64,000 nt of DNA from Euprymna scolopes (lineage: Eukaryota). Made by a program: the position numbers and the translations under genes. The stretch is taken from assembly GCA_053919585.1 (NCBI GenBank), contig JBSSHM010000078.1; one strand, given 5' to 3'. A model generated the notes under the pieces. That model was not told the DNA's origin. It saw nothing but the letters and a program-made list of their open reading frames with translations, and did not search any database. This document shows positions 35,860 to 48,695 of the stretch, piece after piece. Numbering within the stretch: position 1 is the first letter of the stretch; the number at the start of each line of letters is the position of its first letter.

Positions 35860-38800
35860 GTTCAGCTCCCCATCACCTAACTGAAACTCTTTAAAAACCT
35901 GATGACAAAAATAAAAAATAAGCTTAAACCAGGCCTAGGGACAAACAAATTCAACTTGCCTCGTCCCTTGAGGCTTGCATTCACTAACGTCCGGGGGCTT
36001 AGATCTAATTTAGCTGATGTTGAAGCATTTCTTCTAACAAATACCTCGGATATCTTAGCACTACGCGAGACTAACCTACACTCCTCCATCCCCTCTAACT
36101 ACTTTAACATGCCTGGCTATCTCCCAATCTGCCGTAAGGACTCTGACAGACATATGCACGGACTTGGAGTCTACATTCGTAATACCCTCCCCCTGATTAG
36201 AGAAACACACCTATAAACGGACAATCTAGCCTTTATGTGCTTTACACTAAACATACAACACAACATTAGCTACTTTTATTTTCTCTACCGCTCTCCCTCG
36301 ACCCAGGACTGCACCATAATAAACAAAGTCTCTGGCAGTATAGACACAACACTCTCCCTCGACACTAGAGTCCAAGTCCATGTATTTGGTGACTTTAATG
36401 TTCACCACAAAAACTGGCTTGGATTCTCTACTCACACAGATGCAGCGGGCAGCACAACACATAGTTTTGCTATATTACACTCCCTATCACAAATGGTTAC
36501 GTTTCCAACCCGTTTCCATGACCAGCAAAAACAACAATCATCACTTCTAGATCTGTTTCTGACTACAGTTCCTGAGGAGTGTACAACAAATGCTAACAGC
36601 CCACTCGGGAACGCTGACCATGCAGTGATAATGGTAGAAATCGCCCTAAATTCTAGACCCAAAACTGAAGAGCCAGTGCTCAAAACAACAATCATCACTT
36701 CTAGATCTGTTTCTGACTACAGTTCCTGAGGAGTGTACAACAAATGCTAACAGCCCACTCGGGAACGCTGACCATGCAGTGATAATGGTAGAAATCGCCC
36801 TAAATTCTAGACCCAAAACTGAAGAGCCAGTGCTCAAAACAACGAGATATTATAAAAAGACTGACTGGGAAGCTATCAGAGATCTTATCAGAAATGCCCC
36901 ATGCGGAAATATTTTTTCTCTTCCTGCCGAACAGTGCGCAAATGAGACCACTGAATGGTTCAAAACAACAATGGAAGCACATGTTCCCGTGCGGAAATTT
37001 TATAGCAAGCCCCACTCTCCGCAATGGTTTACTTCGACTTGCCCAACTGCCATTGCTCAAAGGCAGCATGCATACTGCAGATTTAACCGACATAATCCAG
37101 TTCAAACAAACAGAAGTACATAGAAGCTAGAAATAACGTTAAGAAAGAAATACCGACAGCCAAGAGAGAATTTACTGAAACCACTAAAAACGCATTGAAG
37201 CACAAAAATGAGGAAAACGTGACTTCTGGAAAATCTACAACAGTGTAGTACATAATGGCCAATCAACAATTCCCCCACTAACCAACAATGACGAGGTAGT
37301 TTGCTCAGCAACCGACAACGCTAATATGCTTGCCAGCCGGTTTGCCTCGAACTCCACACTGGACCCTTCCAACCAACCCCTGCCTGACTTTCCTTTGCGG
37401 ACAGACACCACGCTAGACGATCTAAAAATCACCCCTGCTCAGGTACATGCTATCATAAAAAATCTTGATACTTCAAAAGCATGTGGACCTGATCTCATCC
37501 CAGCTGTGCTATTAAAAAGTGCTCAGCCGAAGTAGCTCCAGTTCTCTCCATACTCTACAAGAAATGCCTAAATGGCTCATGCCTTCCGGGCTGTTAGAAA
37601 AACCGCTTCTGTGGTACCAATATTCAAGAATTCTTGCGAAAGAACTGACCCATCAAATTATGGCCCCATTAGCCTCCTCCCACTTTTCGCAAAAATATTT
37701 GAGACCATAATTTACCATGCTCTAGTCCGGCACCTTACAGATGCTAAACTTCTGACTGACAAACAATATGGATTTAGACAAGCCCGTTCCACAGCTGACA
37801 TCCTCACTGTAATCTCTGAACGTATATACCATTCACTGGACAAAGCGGGGAAGGGCAGAGCGGTAGCTCTAGATATATCTAAAGCTTTTGACAGGGTATG
37901 GCATGAGGGTCTCCTCAGGAAGATTAAATCATACGGTATCACTGGTAGAATACTTAGCATAATTAAATCCTTCTTAGATGAGAGAAAATCCAGGTTGTCC
38001 TCGACGGTCGAACATTTAAACAGTGTGATATAAATGTGGAAGTGCCTCAGGGGTCTATTCTTGGACCTCTATTGTTCCTGGTATATATTAATTACCTCCC
38101 GACAAAACTGCCTCTGAGATGGGTATATATGCTGATGACACTACACTCTATAACAGGCATGACAGGAAAACAGATGAACACATATCTAAAGAAATGGCAA
38201 AAACTCTAGAGGATGACCTCCAATCTGTAGTGGAATGGGGACATAAATGGATGGTCACATTCAATGCTGCCAAGACCAAACTGGTTTCCGTCAATAACTA
38301 CAAGAAACCTTCTCTGCCACCAATAGCAATTGCCAGTGACTCCCTGTCTGAGAGTACAACTTTCAAACTGCTTGGCCTAACGTTCACAGGAAACATGAGC
38401 TGGAACAATTATATTGAAAACATTGCCAGGGTCGCTGCAAAAAAGGTAGGCTCTCTCTAACGTGCTAGAAACTACTAACACCTGAAAGTATCCTCTACCT
38501 CTATAAGGCCACCATTCGCCCATGTATGGAGTATTGTTGTCACATCTGGGCTGGTGCGTCTACTACTAGTCTCTCGCTCCTAGACAAGGTTCAAAAGAGA
38601 GTCGCCAACCTGATAGGCCCTGAACTGGCATCTAAGCTTCAGCCCCTGTCCCATCGACGAAACGTTGCATCCCTCTGCTTGTTCTACAAGTATTTTAATG
38701 GTAAATTCTCTGACGAACTGCAGACACTTGTGCCCCCACGACGCAGCCCCCCTCGACAAACCCGACAGGCAGCTAAATCCCAACCCACACAGTAGAGATC

Positions 38801-39043
38801 CCTAGATGTAAAAGATCTTTCTACTCCAGTAGTTTCTTCCCCAGATCCGCTAGACTCTGGAATTCCATTCCAGGATCCTGCTTCCCTTACTGTACGGACA
38901 TGCAGAAGTTCAAATGCAAGGTGAACCGACATCTTGCTGCCAAAATCCCAACATAGTACCCCAGTGGTTGCTGACCTTGATAGTAACCCCCTACACCTGA
39001 GTGGCAATGTGCCTAGTTTTAGGTGAAAATGTAATTAAAATAA
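35860..39043 (+). mobile_element. CR1-clade LINE family B, near full-length APE+RT ORF (disrupted)
   Basis: ATG 35902; LAFTNVRGLRSN, ALRET, FGDFNVHH, LLDLFLT, LGNADH (APE); ACGPD, YGPISLL, QYGFR, ALDISKAFDRVWH, VPQGSILGP, YADD (RT); MEYCCHIWAGAS; B-type 3' end. Confidence 0.96.
36528..36843. repeat. Perfect 154-bp tandem duplication inside the CR1-B APE region
   Basis: Identical units offset by 154 nt (TTCTAGACCC at 36651 and 36805), with AAAACAAC microhomology at the junctions. Confidence 0.93.
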
Positions 39044-40799
39044 AGTGCTCATATTACATGAATAAAAACAATATTAATATAGAAAAGGGTAGTGATAATA
39101 ATCGTCCACTAATCGAAATGTTCAAATTATGAATTCTTATCTAAGAACTTCTAAAAAGAGAATAATTTCTTAATATATTCCGCCTTACCTAAGGAATATT
39201 GTTGAAGGATTACTTTATTGAATTTAAATTTCACTATTAAAAGTATGTGGACATTTTCCAACTTTTATTCTTAGAACAACAAATATGTTAATTATTTTTG
39301 TCAAAAGGGGGAAAAATTATAATCATTGTTATAATTATTAAATGTCTAGTCTAAAAATGTTTACTTCGCTCAGAATTTGTAAATATACCTGAAAATAGAA
39401 TGCTCTTCAAGGGCGAAACAAGATATATTCACTTTATCCTGTTATACTTATCAATGAAGACCTTAGGGCCTATCATTATGAATTGCAAAAGTGCTTAGAG
39501 CCTGTAATCAAGCTGTAATCTATAATCGATTTAAGTTGAGTAATTTAATAAGGAACAGAAAAATATCGCACCGAATCTTTGCAGTTAATTATCCGTTACA
39601 TACTAGCCGAAGACGTGGAACGTGGTGCAACATTCATTATAAGAAATTTGAACTAGATCCCTAAGAATGCCGTTGTTTCTGTAACATCAATTAAACAATG
39701 TATATCTTTACATATATTTAAATCAAGAGAGATGACAACACTGCTTCTTACACATTTTTGTTGAAGAGGATGCGTTACAATTATTTCCCCATCTTGCGCT
39801 TTCTCTTCTTAACTAGTAACCCATCAAGCAATAACTATACTCCACATCGCGTAATTTCACGGAGCTAACAAATACTGGCGAATCTACATGGTTATTTCGT
39901 ATTCAAGTATAAACTATTAAAAAATCACATCGAAATAATCCATAAATTAACATTCTTCATCTATCATCACCGAGTTTTAATCAGAGAATAATACACTTCT
40001 GTAAAAAATTAGATTATAGTGTGTAACTATTTAATTGTCGCCCTAGAAAAGACGACATGTTTCCACTTCTGTTTGATGAAAACTCTTGTTTTGCGCATCT
40101 ACCAGTGTGTACAAATCTCAAGAGGGATAGTAATTTTCTATTATGTCTTAAATTGACACAATGTTTAGCGAGCGGGATCGGAGATCCCCCAGAGTACAAC
40201 TCATGCTCTCTACCGATCAAAGTTATCCACCGATCCAGAACCCAGAAAATGCAAAATTAGACAGTTTAACGCCTGATGTCATGGTTTTTGTTGTGGTTTA
40301 AAGTGATGCCTACACCATGCCACCTCATATCTTCGAAGTCGGCTTGAAAGTCAATACTAAAGTGTGATGATCCCCTCGTGAAATCAGGTTGCCACTGGCT
40401 GAACCTGGATGTGGCAGCAGAACGCAACGCCAGCCCACAAGTCTAAAGAGACCTAGGCTTAGCTTCACAAAGAGTGCTACAAATTTTGATATTTCTTTCA
40501 CTGACACCTCACCTCCTCACTCGAACTGAATCCACTCAACTACTTCGTTCGGTCATACGTCGAGACAATTACGACAATAATCTCTCACAACACCAAATAA
40601 CTAGCCTGATTGCCACCATCCGCCGAATTCCGCCGAATATTCACCGAGTATTCCCCGAGCTCTCGCCGGCGTTTGTAGAAAAGTCATGCTCTCAGTTCAG
40701 TAATCGTAGTAAGTCTGTGATTTAGAATAAATAGATGTCAGTTGTTCTTCATCATCAAGCTATTTCGATTGAGTCCAATATATATTTTCATAACTTACT

Positions 40800-40802
40800 A
40801 CA

Positions 40803-40858
<56 letters not shown>
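40800..40858. repeat. (CA)n microsatellite
   Basis: Directly visible. Confidence 0.95.
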
Positions 40859-40860
<2 letters not shown>

Positions 40861-41375
40861 GTGTATTTAGCCATAATCGAAACCGAAACTAAATCTTATG
40901 AAGAAGTCTTGATAAAATTAATAATTATAAAAATAGATTACTGGAGTACCATCAGTTATAATTAAAACTGAAACCTAAATTCATGAAGAATTCTTGGTAA
41001 AATTATTATATGACAAGAAATGGAAGTACCTAAACAATTAAACGATGGAGTACATAATAATTAAACCATCCGGAGTTAAGCGTGACAAAGAAAATAACAC
41101 CCACCTTATCGTGTAAATATATAGATGCCAATAATTTGCGTTTTTACATTAGTTAAAAAAAAATATAATTTTATTTTTTTTGAAAAAGGCTATCACATAA
41201 CTCATAATTTTGCATTAATATCCATCAATACATTTTTCAACAAATAATAAAGAGAACGTCGCGTACGGTTCGACGACATAATCATCATCAGCCTCATCAT
41301 CATCCCCATCATCATCTAGTTGTAAAACACCTCGTAACAAGCTTTCACGTCTGATATTTGAATCTCGTTTTTTTT

Positions 41376-43458
41376 AGGCATAGACCGATTCATACCATCT
41401 AAAAAATTCCAACAAAAACCTAACAGTCAGTCATGGTTCTCCCCAGAATGTGCTGCTGCCATCGCTCACAGAAATCACTTTTTCCATAGCTACCAACGTA
41501 ATAGATGCACTGAGACTAAAGCGGCTTTCAGGAAGGCCAGCAACCACTGTAAAAGAGTAATAAAAAATGCAAGAAAGCTATATGCCCAGTCTGTTAAATC
41601 CAAAGTAGCTGATCAGCGGCTTGGTACCCACCAGTTTTGGACAAATAACACATAGGATCCTGAACACAAGTGTACGTTATATCCCTACCATTAAAAACGG
41701 ACCAGAGATCATCTCCTCGGCTTCAGACAAGGCCAAACTATTTGCAAAGAACTTTTCAGCTAATACTACCCTATGCGACGAAGGCCATCAACTCTCCATA
41801 TTTCCTCCTATAACACAGAACACGATAGGTAACATACACATGTCTGTGCGTGAGGTCGCCAAGCTAATCAAGGACCTTTATTCCAGTAAAGCTACTGGTC
41901 CTGACGGCATCCCAATTATAGTGTTAAAAAAGCTTCAACCCGAACTTGCTCCCATATTTACGAAACTGTTTAAACGTTGCATTAAGTAGAAGTGGTTTCC
42001 AACACCACGGAAAACCTCATCAGTATGCCCTGTATTTAAGAACTGAGGTGATGTCATCTCCCTCTTAGTACAGACCAATAAGAATCGTGTGTGTCATAAG
42101 TAAGTTGCTGGAATCCAAATTAAATAGAGAAATAGTCAACCACCTCAGCAGGAACAACCTTCTTCGTGACATGCAATATGGTTTCCGTTCTGCAAGATCT
42201 ACCGCAGATGTGCTAACGGTTATATCTCATAGGATTACTGAATCTCTTGACAAAGGCTTCCTTACAAGGGCAATTGCTCTTGACATATCAAAGGCCTTCG
42301 ACAAGGTATGGCATAAAGGTCTCCTTCACAGGATCTCCGATTACGGTATAACTGGAAATATTATCTCTATCATAAAATCATTTCTCTCTGATAGGCTCAT
42401 AAGATGGTTGATGGACACAAATCATAGGCCTGCAGTATTAATGCTGGAGTCCCTCAAGGGTACATCCACGGCCCACCTCTCTTCCTGATCTACATCAATG
42501 ATCTCCCTAAACACATACTTAAATCATTCGTTGACATCTATGATTATGACACGACCATCTACAGCAACACATCAAAGGCTGTAAATGACAAAGCTCTCTC
42601 TGATTCTCTCTCCTCTGATCTCGAACGAGTGGTTCAGTGGGGGAAGACGTGGCTGGTTGCCTTTAATGAAGCTAAAACCAAACTATCTTTACATCATCAA
42701 GGCTCTGATCCCCATCTGGCATCAATTGAAATGGATGGCTTTCGTCTAGGAGAAGACCCATGTTTTAACAAAATTCTGGGCTTGACCTTCACTCCTGATC
42801 TGAAATGGAACACGTACATCATGTCTGTTGCCAAGGTCGCTGGAAATATGGTGGGATCCTTCTACCTCTCCAGAAGATATCTCACTACTGATGCAATTCT
42901 CTATCTATATAAAAGCCAAGTACGTCCAAGGATGGAATACTGCTGCCACATCTGGTCAGGAGCTGCTAAAAACACCTATCCTGCCTTGACAGAGTACAAA
43001 ATAGACTTCGTGGCTTAGTGAGGGATGCCCTTTCTATTCCCTGAAACCTCTCTCCCACAGAAAAGACGTTGCAAGCCTTTGTTTCATCATTATTTCCATG
43101 GCAAGTGCTCGTCTGAACTCCAATCTCTGGTCTCCCCTTGCCAATCAAAAAACACCCATCTAGCTGAATCCACTGTCAAAAACTTTCCCCACTCTTTATC
43201 TATGCCCAAATCAAAACGTAGATTCCATGAACAAAGCTTCTTTCTTAGAACTGCACGCCTGTGGAAGTCTGTTCCGTCTGCCTGCTTCCCTCCTGATTAC
43301 AACTTGGATGTCTTCAAGTCCAACGTAAACAAATTCCTGATCAACCACCCCCTTACGTAGAAACTCTAAAATATCCACACTAACGTACTGTACTTACAAT
43401 AACCCTTATCCATGAGTGGCTTCCGGGCCTTGATAAGTGGTGACCACCTTGTAAAAAA
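41376..43458 (+). mobile_element. CR1 family A, 5'-truncated (RT plus 3' end)
   Basis: Reverse-complement match to 2200-4283; KATGPDGIP, QYGFRSARST, ALDISKAFDKVWH, MEYCCHIW; A-type terminus. Confidence 0.95.
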
Positions 43459-43654
43459 CAACTCGGAAACCAAAAGAATTAATGCTTATTTTTACTTTAG
43501 TTCCCGTTACCATATTTTTTCTATGCATGCCCCTTATTGGATTGAGATATTCCATTGTATAGACATCCGGCGCGAACGCACACTTAATGATATCATTAAT
43601 AATATTTAGACATAATAAATACGACAAATGTAATGTAAACAAACATTTTCACTC

Positions 43655-43740
43655 ACCTTCACCCTAAACAATGCATTTTGACACTTGGACGTTTGAAATT
43701 GGGGCCATGGCTAAGATGTTGGTTTACGTTGCATTTGAAT
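43655..43740 (-). mobile_element. Short CR1 family B 3' tip
   Basis: TTCACCCTAAACAATGCA..TTGACACTT and AGATGTTGGTTTACGTTGCATTTGAA match 47509-47628. Confidence 0.55.
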
Positions 43741-44176
43741 GTGGAGGCTTCTCTAGTAGGAATTAGTTCGACGCTTAAGACGTCCTCATTGCCAGAATAC
43801 GAAATGTCACATTTTAATTACAGCGATAACAACTCAAATTGGTCAAATCCATACCGTAACTGACTAACCGTTTGTAAATCGAACAGAAACTTACAATATT
43901 GTATTCGATTTCCATCACGGCATTTCTGAATAAATACGAAATTTAATCAAGCATATTACAAATATTATAGTTAGAGCTTTGCCAACAGCATATTGTTTCT
44001 ATTCTTTTGACTCTCGTGTATATATCAGACACAGTTAGACACAATTATCCACCGAGAGCCACATCCGTCTATTAAAAAAGGTATAAGATATTAACGGATA
44101 CATACTCAAGAGGCAAAACAATGAAAAGAATATTCGGTTGCACACCCCTACTTATCATCACACCCCTACTTATCAT

Positions 44177-45322
44177 ATCAGATGTGCTAACGGTTATATC
44201 ACACAAGATTAGTGAATCTCTTGACAAAGGTTTCCTTTCCAGGGCAATTGCTCTTGACATATGGAATGCCTTCGATAAGGTATGGCATAAGGGCCTACTT
44301 CACAAGATTTCTGATCTACATCAATGATCTCCCAAAACACATCATTCGTTGACATCTATGCTGATGACACAACTATCTATGGCAACACATCAAGGCCGTA
44401 AATGACAAAGTTTTTTCTAATTCTCTCTCCTCTGATCTTGAGCACGTGTTACAATGGGGGAAGAGATGGCTGGCCACTTTTAATTCATCCAAAACCAAGC
44501 TTCTATCTTTACATCATCAACGCTCTGATCCCCATCTGGCATCAATTGAAATGGATGGCTCTCGTCTTGGAGAGGCTCCATGTTTTGACAAGCCTCTGGG
44601 TTTGACATTTACTCCTCATCTGAAATGGAATACGTACATCAAATCTGTTGCCAGGGATGCTGGGAAAATGGCGGGATCCTTCTACCGCTCCAGAAGATAT
44701 CTCAATACTGATGCAATTCTCTATCTGCATAAAAGCCAAGTACGTCCAAGGATAGAGTACTGCTGCCACATCTGGGCAGGAACTGCGATAAACAGCCTAT
44801 CCTGCCTTGAAAGAGTACAAACTAGACTTTGTGGTTTAATGGGAGATGCCCTTTTATCTTCCCTGCAACCTCTCTCCCACAGAAGAGACGTTGCAAGTCT
44901 GTCTTTGTTTTATCGCTATTTCCATGGCAGGTGCTCGTCTAGGCTCCAATCCCTCGTCCCCCTTGCCAATCTTCCACGAGAACCACCCGTCTGGCTGAAA
45001 CTACTGTCAATAATTTTCCCCACTCTTTATCTATCCATAAATCCAAACGTAGATTCCACGAGCAACGCTTCTTTCTTAGCACTGTACGCCAGTGGAACTC
45101 TCTGCCGCTTGCCTGTTTCCCACCTGACTACAATTTAGATGTCATCAAGTCCAACATAAACAAACTCCTGACAAACCGCCCCCTTAAGTAAGACACTCTA
45201 TCAAAACCCCCAATAGTAATGCTTACTACAATACTATCTCATTTATTGCTGCACACGCAATACCCCTTATCCCTGAGTGGCCTTCGAGTCTTGATAAGTG
45301 GTGACCCCCCATTTAAAAAAAA
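44177..45322 (+). mobile_element. CR1 family A-related subfamily, 5'-truncated with internal deletion near 44310
   Basis: DVLTVISHKI..ALDIWNAFDKVWHKG joins directly to LIYINDL, so the PQGS segment is deleted. ORF 44446-45138; A-type terminus. Confidence 0.92.
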
Positions 45323-46549
45323 ATTAGCATACTCCCATGCAACAGCATTTTTTATGTCTCTCGTTCCTCTTCTAGACATCGCTTTTCTTTAGAGTTACTA
45401 ATTTTTGAGTATATTCGATAATTCTGTTGATTTTTTTAATATCTTTTTCTACGTTAATCAGATCAAGCACTGCGAATTCCGTGATTTTGAGGTTTCCAAT
45501 TTCTCTAGTAGAAATCTCACAATAATAGATGATTTTATCAATTTATATTTTTGTTGTCTATTTCATTGTTTTCTGTTTCTAAGATTTCAATGGAAATTGA
45601 AAGTATCGACTCTTATAGTACAGTGATCATTCCGCTGCATGTTCACCATGGAAAGCTTAAAAGTTACGTGAAAATTTAAATCTTATCAGTTGTAGGTTTT
45701 TATCATCTTTTTATTTGTTTCGTTGTAAACAATTATATGAAAGTATTCTCACTTTGTTCTCGAATCGAACAACGCTAAACGTTACATGATTAAATGAAGA
45801 TGACATCAGTTTTGAGAATTTGTAAAGAGGTAAGGAGGTAGGTTTTAAGAGCATACCTTACAAATATTATACCCTAAAACATACAGCCATGACAAAGTCA
45901 GAACACACCACCATTGATAAGTTTTTAAAAAAGATCGCTAAAAATATCCGCACACTAAATGTACTTATAACCCAGCTTATAAATACTTGCGTTTTCTATT
46001 GTACTTTAAAAGAGATTTAAATTCTTGTACGGATCCAGTATAAACTTTTACACATCTGCTGGTATTCTAAAGGGCTGAATTTATAGCTTAGCCCTTAAGA
46101 ATTGAGGGGATTAAATATTGGTAGTAGGACCTTCAAACTTTGTTTTTGTAATAAATTGTATAAAATAGGGTATTTTCGTATCATGATTAGATAATGATGT
46201 TACAGTGTTTTTTCTGGTCGGCACTTCCCTAGGTTCCATTAAAGGTAACAAAAAGCAGCAGTAGCTGCTTGATAGACGTCTTCTTTCTATCTAATAAGGT
46301 AAGTGTTCATATCCAACCAGAGCAAACACTGTCACTATCTTACATACTACCAATATAAACTCCTAATATCAGAAATCATTTTCCTCTCTCTCATAAATTA
46401 CTGTAGTGTTCCTATCTCCATTTTTCCACAGTTTCAATTTATTAGCTCTTCCTCTCACGCCCCATTATTTCGCTACTAATGTAGTTATCATTAGACATCG
46501 TATCTCTATTTATTTTTGGTTTTTGTTTTACTCACGTTCAACCTTAACT

Positions 46550-47396
46550 AACCTTTAGCCTCGTACAAGACATATTGCCACTTGAACGTGATTGGTTACT
46601 CATTGAAATCATGCTTATAAAATATTAAACAATTGGTTTACGTTGCATTTGAACTTATCCATAAAAGTACAGTTTGGGAAGTAGGCAGCAGGAAGAGAAC
46701 GACAAAGTCTAGCTGTTCTAGAGAAGAAGCTATTTGAGTAGAAAACTTTTTGACATTTATGGGCCTCAATAGTGAAAGGGTGTGATTTTCTGCCAAACAG
46801 GTGTGTCAAGGTTATGTACGTCATGGGGGGGTACTACAACGAATTCATCAGATCAAATTAATTTGAAATATTTTTAAAGCAGGCACAGGGTTGAAAAATT
46901 GCAGCGATGGGACAAAAGTTTAAACCTAATTTATAAAGTGATATCTTTTACATTTTAGCCCATTTTTAGGACCCTATCCAAGAGGTAGAGACTAGTGGTA
47001 GATGCACTACCCCAGATGTGTCAATAATACTCTATGCATGGGCGAATGGCGGCAGGTGTCTTGCACGATAGAGGGAGATCACATTCCTTGCAGCAGCATT
47101 TGCAATGTTCTCGATGAATTTATACCAATTCATGTTTCCTGTGAATGTCAAGCCAAGCTGATTGAAGGAACAATTCTCATGTAAGGCGTTATATGTCATA
47201 GATATCGGTGATTCGAGATTTTACTATAATTGTAAAAGGAAGGCAGCTTAGCCTGACTTGTATTATAAGTCACCATCCATTGACGTCGTCATTCAACTAC
47301 GATCTATAGAGTATTTTCCAATAATGCAGCCATACATGTAATAGAGCGTTGTATCATCAGCAAATATAATCATCTCGGATGCAATATTATCGATCT
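46550..47396 (-). mobile_element. Old CR1 family B-like 3' fragment
   Basis: IASEMIIFADDTTL; HPFTIEAHKCQKVFYSNSFFSRTARL...FKCNVN. Confidence 0.82.
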
Positions 47397-47492
47397 TGAA
47401 TAAAAGATAAAATATATATGCATTATATATGTAATCTGCAACATAATGTCTAGTGGTAGACAAAACATATATTAAACGCACTAAACAGGAAC

Positions 47493-48695
47493 TTTTTTTT
47501 ATTACATTTTCACCCCAAACAAGGCACATTGCAACTTTAGTGTAGGTGGCTACTATCAGGGGCAACAACTAATGGGGTACTATGTTGGGATTTGGGCAGC
47601 AAGATGTCGGTTCACGTTGCACTTGAACATCTGCATGTCAGTACAGTTGGGGAAGCAGTGACATGGAAAGAAATTCCAGAGTTTAGCGGTTCTGGGGAAG
47701 AAATTACTGGAGTAGAAAGATCTTTTACATTTAGGGGTCTCTACTGTGTGGGTGTGTGATTAAGCTGCCTGTCGGGTTTGTCGAGGGTGCCTACGTTGTG
47801 AGGACACAAATGTTTGCAGTTCGTCAGAGCATTCACCATTAAAATATCTGTAGAACAGGTAGAAGTACGCAATATTACGTCGATGGGACAGAGGCTGAAG
47901 CCTAAATGTCAGTTCAGGGCCTATCAGATTTGCGACTCTCTTTTGAAACTTGCCTTGGAGCGAGAGACTAGTAGCCGATGCACCAGCCCAAATGTGACTG
48001 CAATATTCCATACATGGGCAAATGGTGGCCTTATAGAGGTACAGGATAATTTCGGGTTTTAGTAGTTTTCTAGCACAGTAGAGAGAGCCTACCTTTTTCA
48101 CAGCGAACCTGGCAACGCTTTCAATGTAATTGTTCCAACTCATGTTTCCTGTGAACGTTAGACCAAGCAGTTTGAAAGATGTGCTCTCAGATAAAGAGTC
48201 ACTGGCAATCGCTATTGGTGGCAGAGAATTTTTTTTGTAATTATTGAAGGAAACCAGTTTAGTCTTGGCAGCATTGAATGTGACCATCCATTTTTGTCCC
48301 AATTCTACAACAGATTGGAGGTCATCTTCTAGTGTTTTTACCATTTCTTTAGATATGTGTTCATTTGTTTTCCTGTCATGCCTGTTATACAGTGTGGTTT
48401 CAACAGCATATATACCCATCTCAGAGGCAATTTTGTCGGGAAGGTCATTTATGAATATCAGGAACAATAGAGGTCCAAGGATAGACCCCTGAGGCACTCC
48501 CGCATTTATATAATATTGTTTAGATTTACGACCGTCAATGACAACCTGGATTTTTCTATTATCTAAGAAGTATTTAATTATGTTAAGTATTCTACCAGTG
48601 ATACCGTATGATTTAATTTTCCTGAGGAGACCCTCCTGCCACACCCTGTCAAAAGCCTTAGATATATCTAGAGCTACCGCTCTGCCCTCTCCCAG
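47493..48695 (-). mobile_element. CR1 family B, 5'-truncated, with a 294-aa open RT C-half
   Basis: ORF 47760-48644 (AGVPQGSILGP; YAVE replaces YADD); close match to 37850-39040; B-type terminus plus A-tail. Confidence 0.95.

Noticed and set aside
47760-48644. Longest ORF (294 aa) as a functional gene
   Set aside because: It is a 5'-truncated CR1 RT piece with YADD mutated to YAVE.
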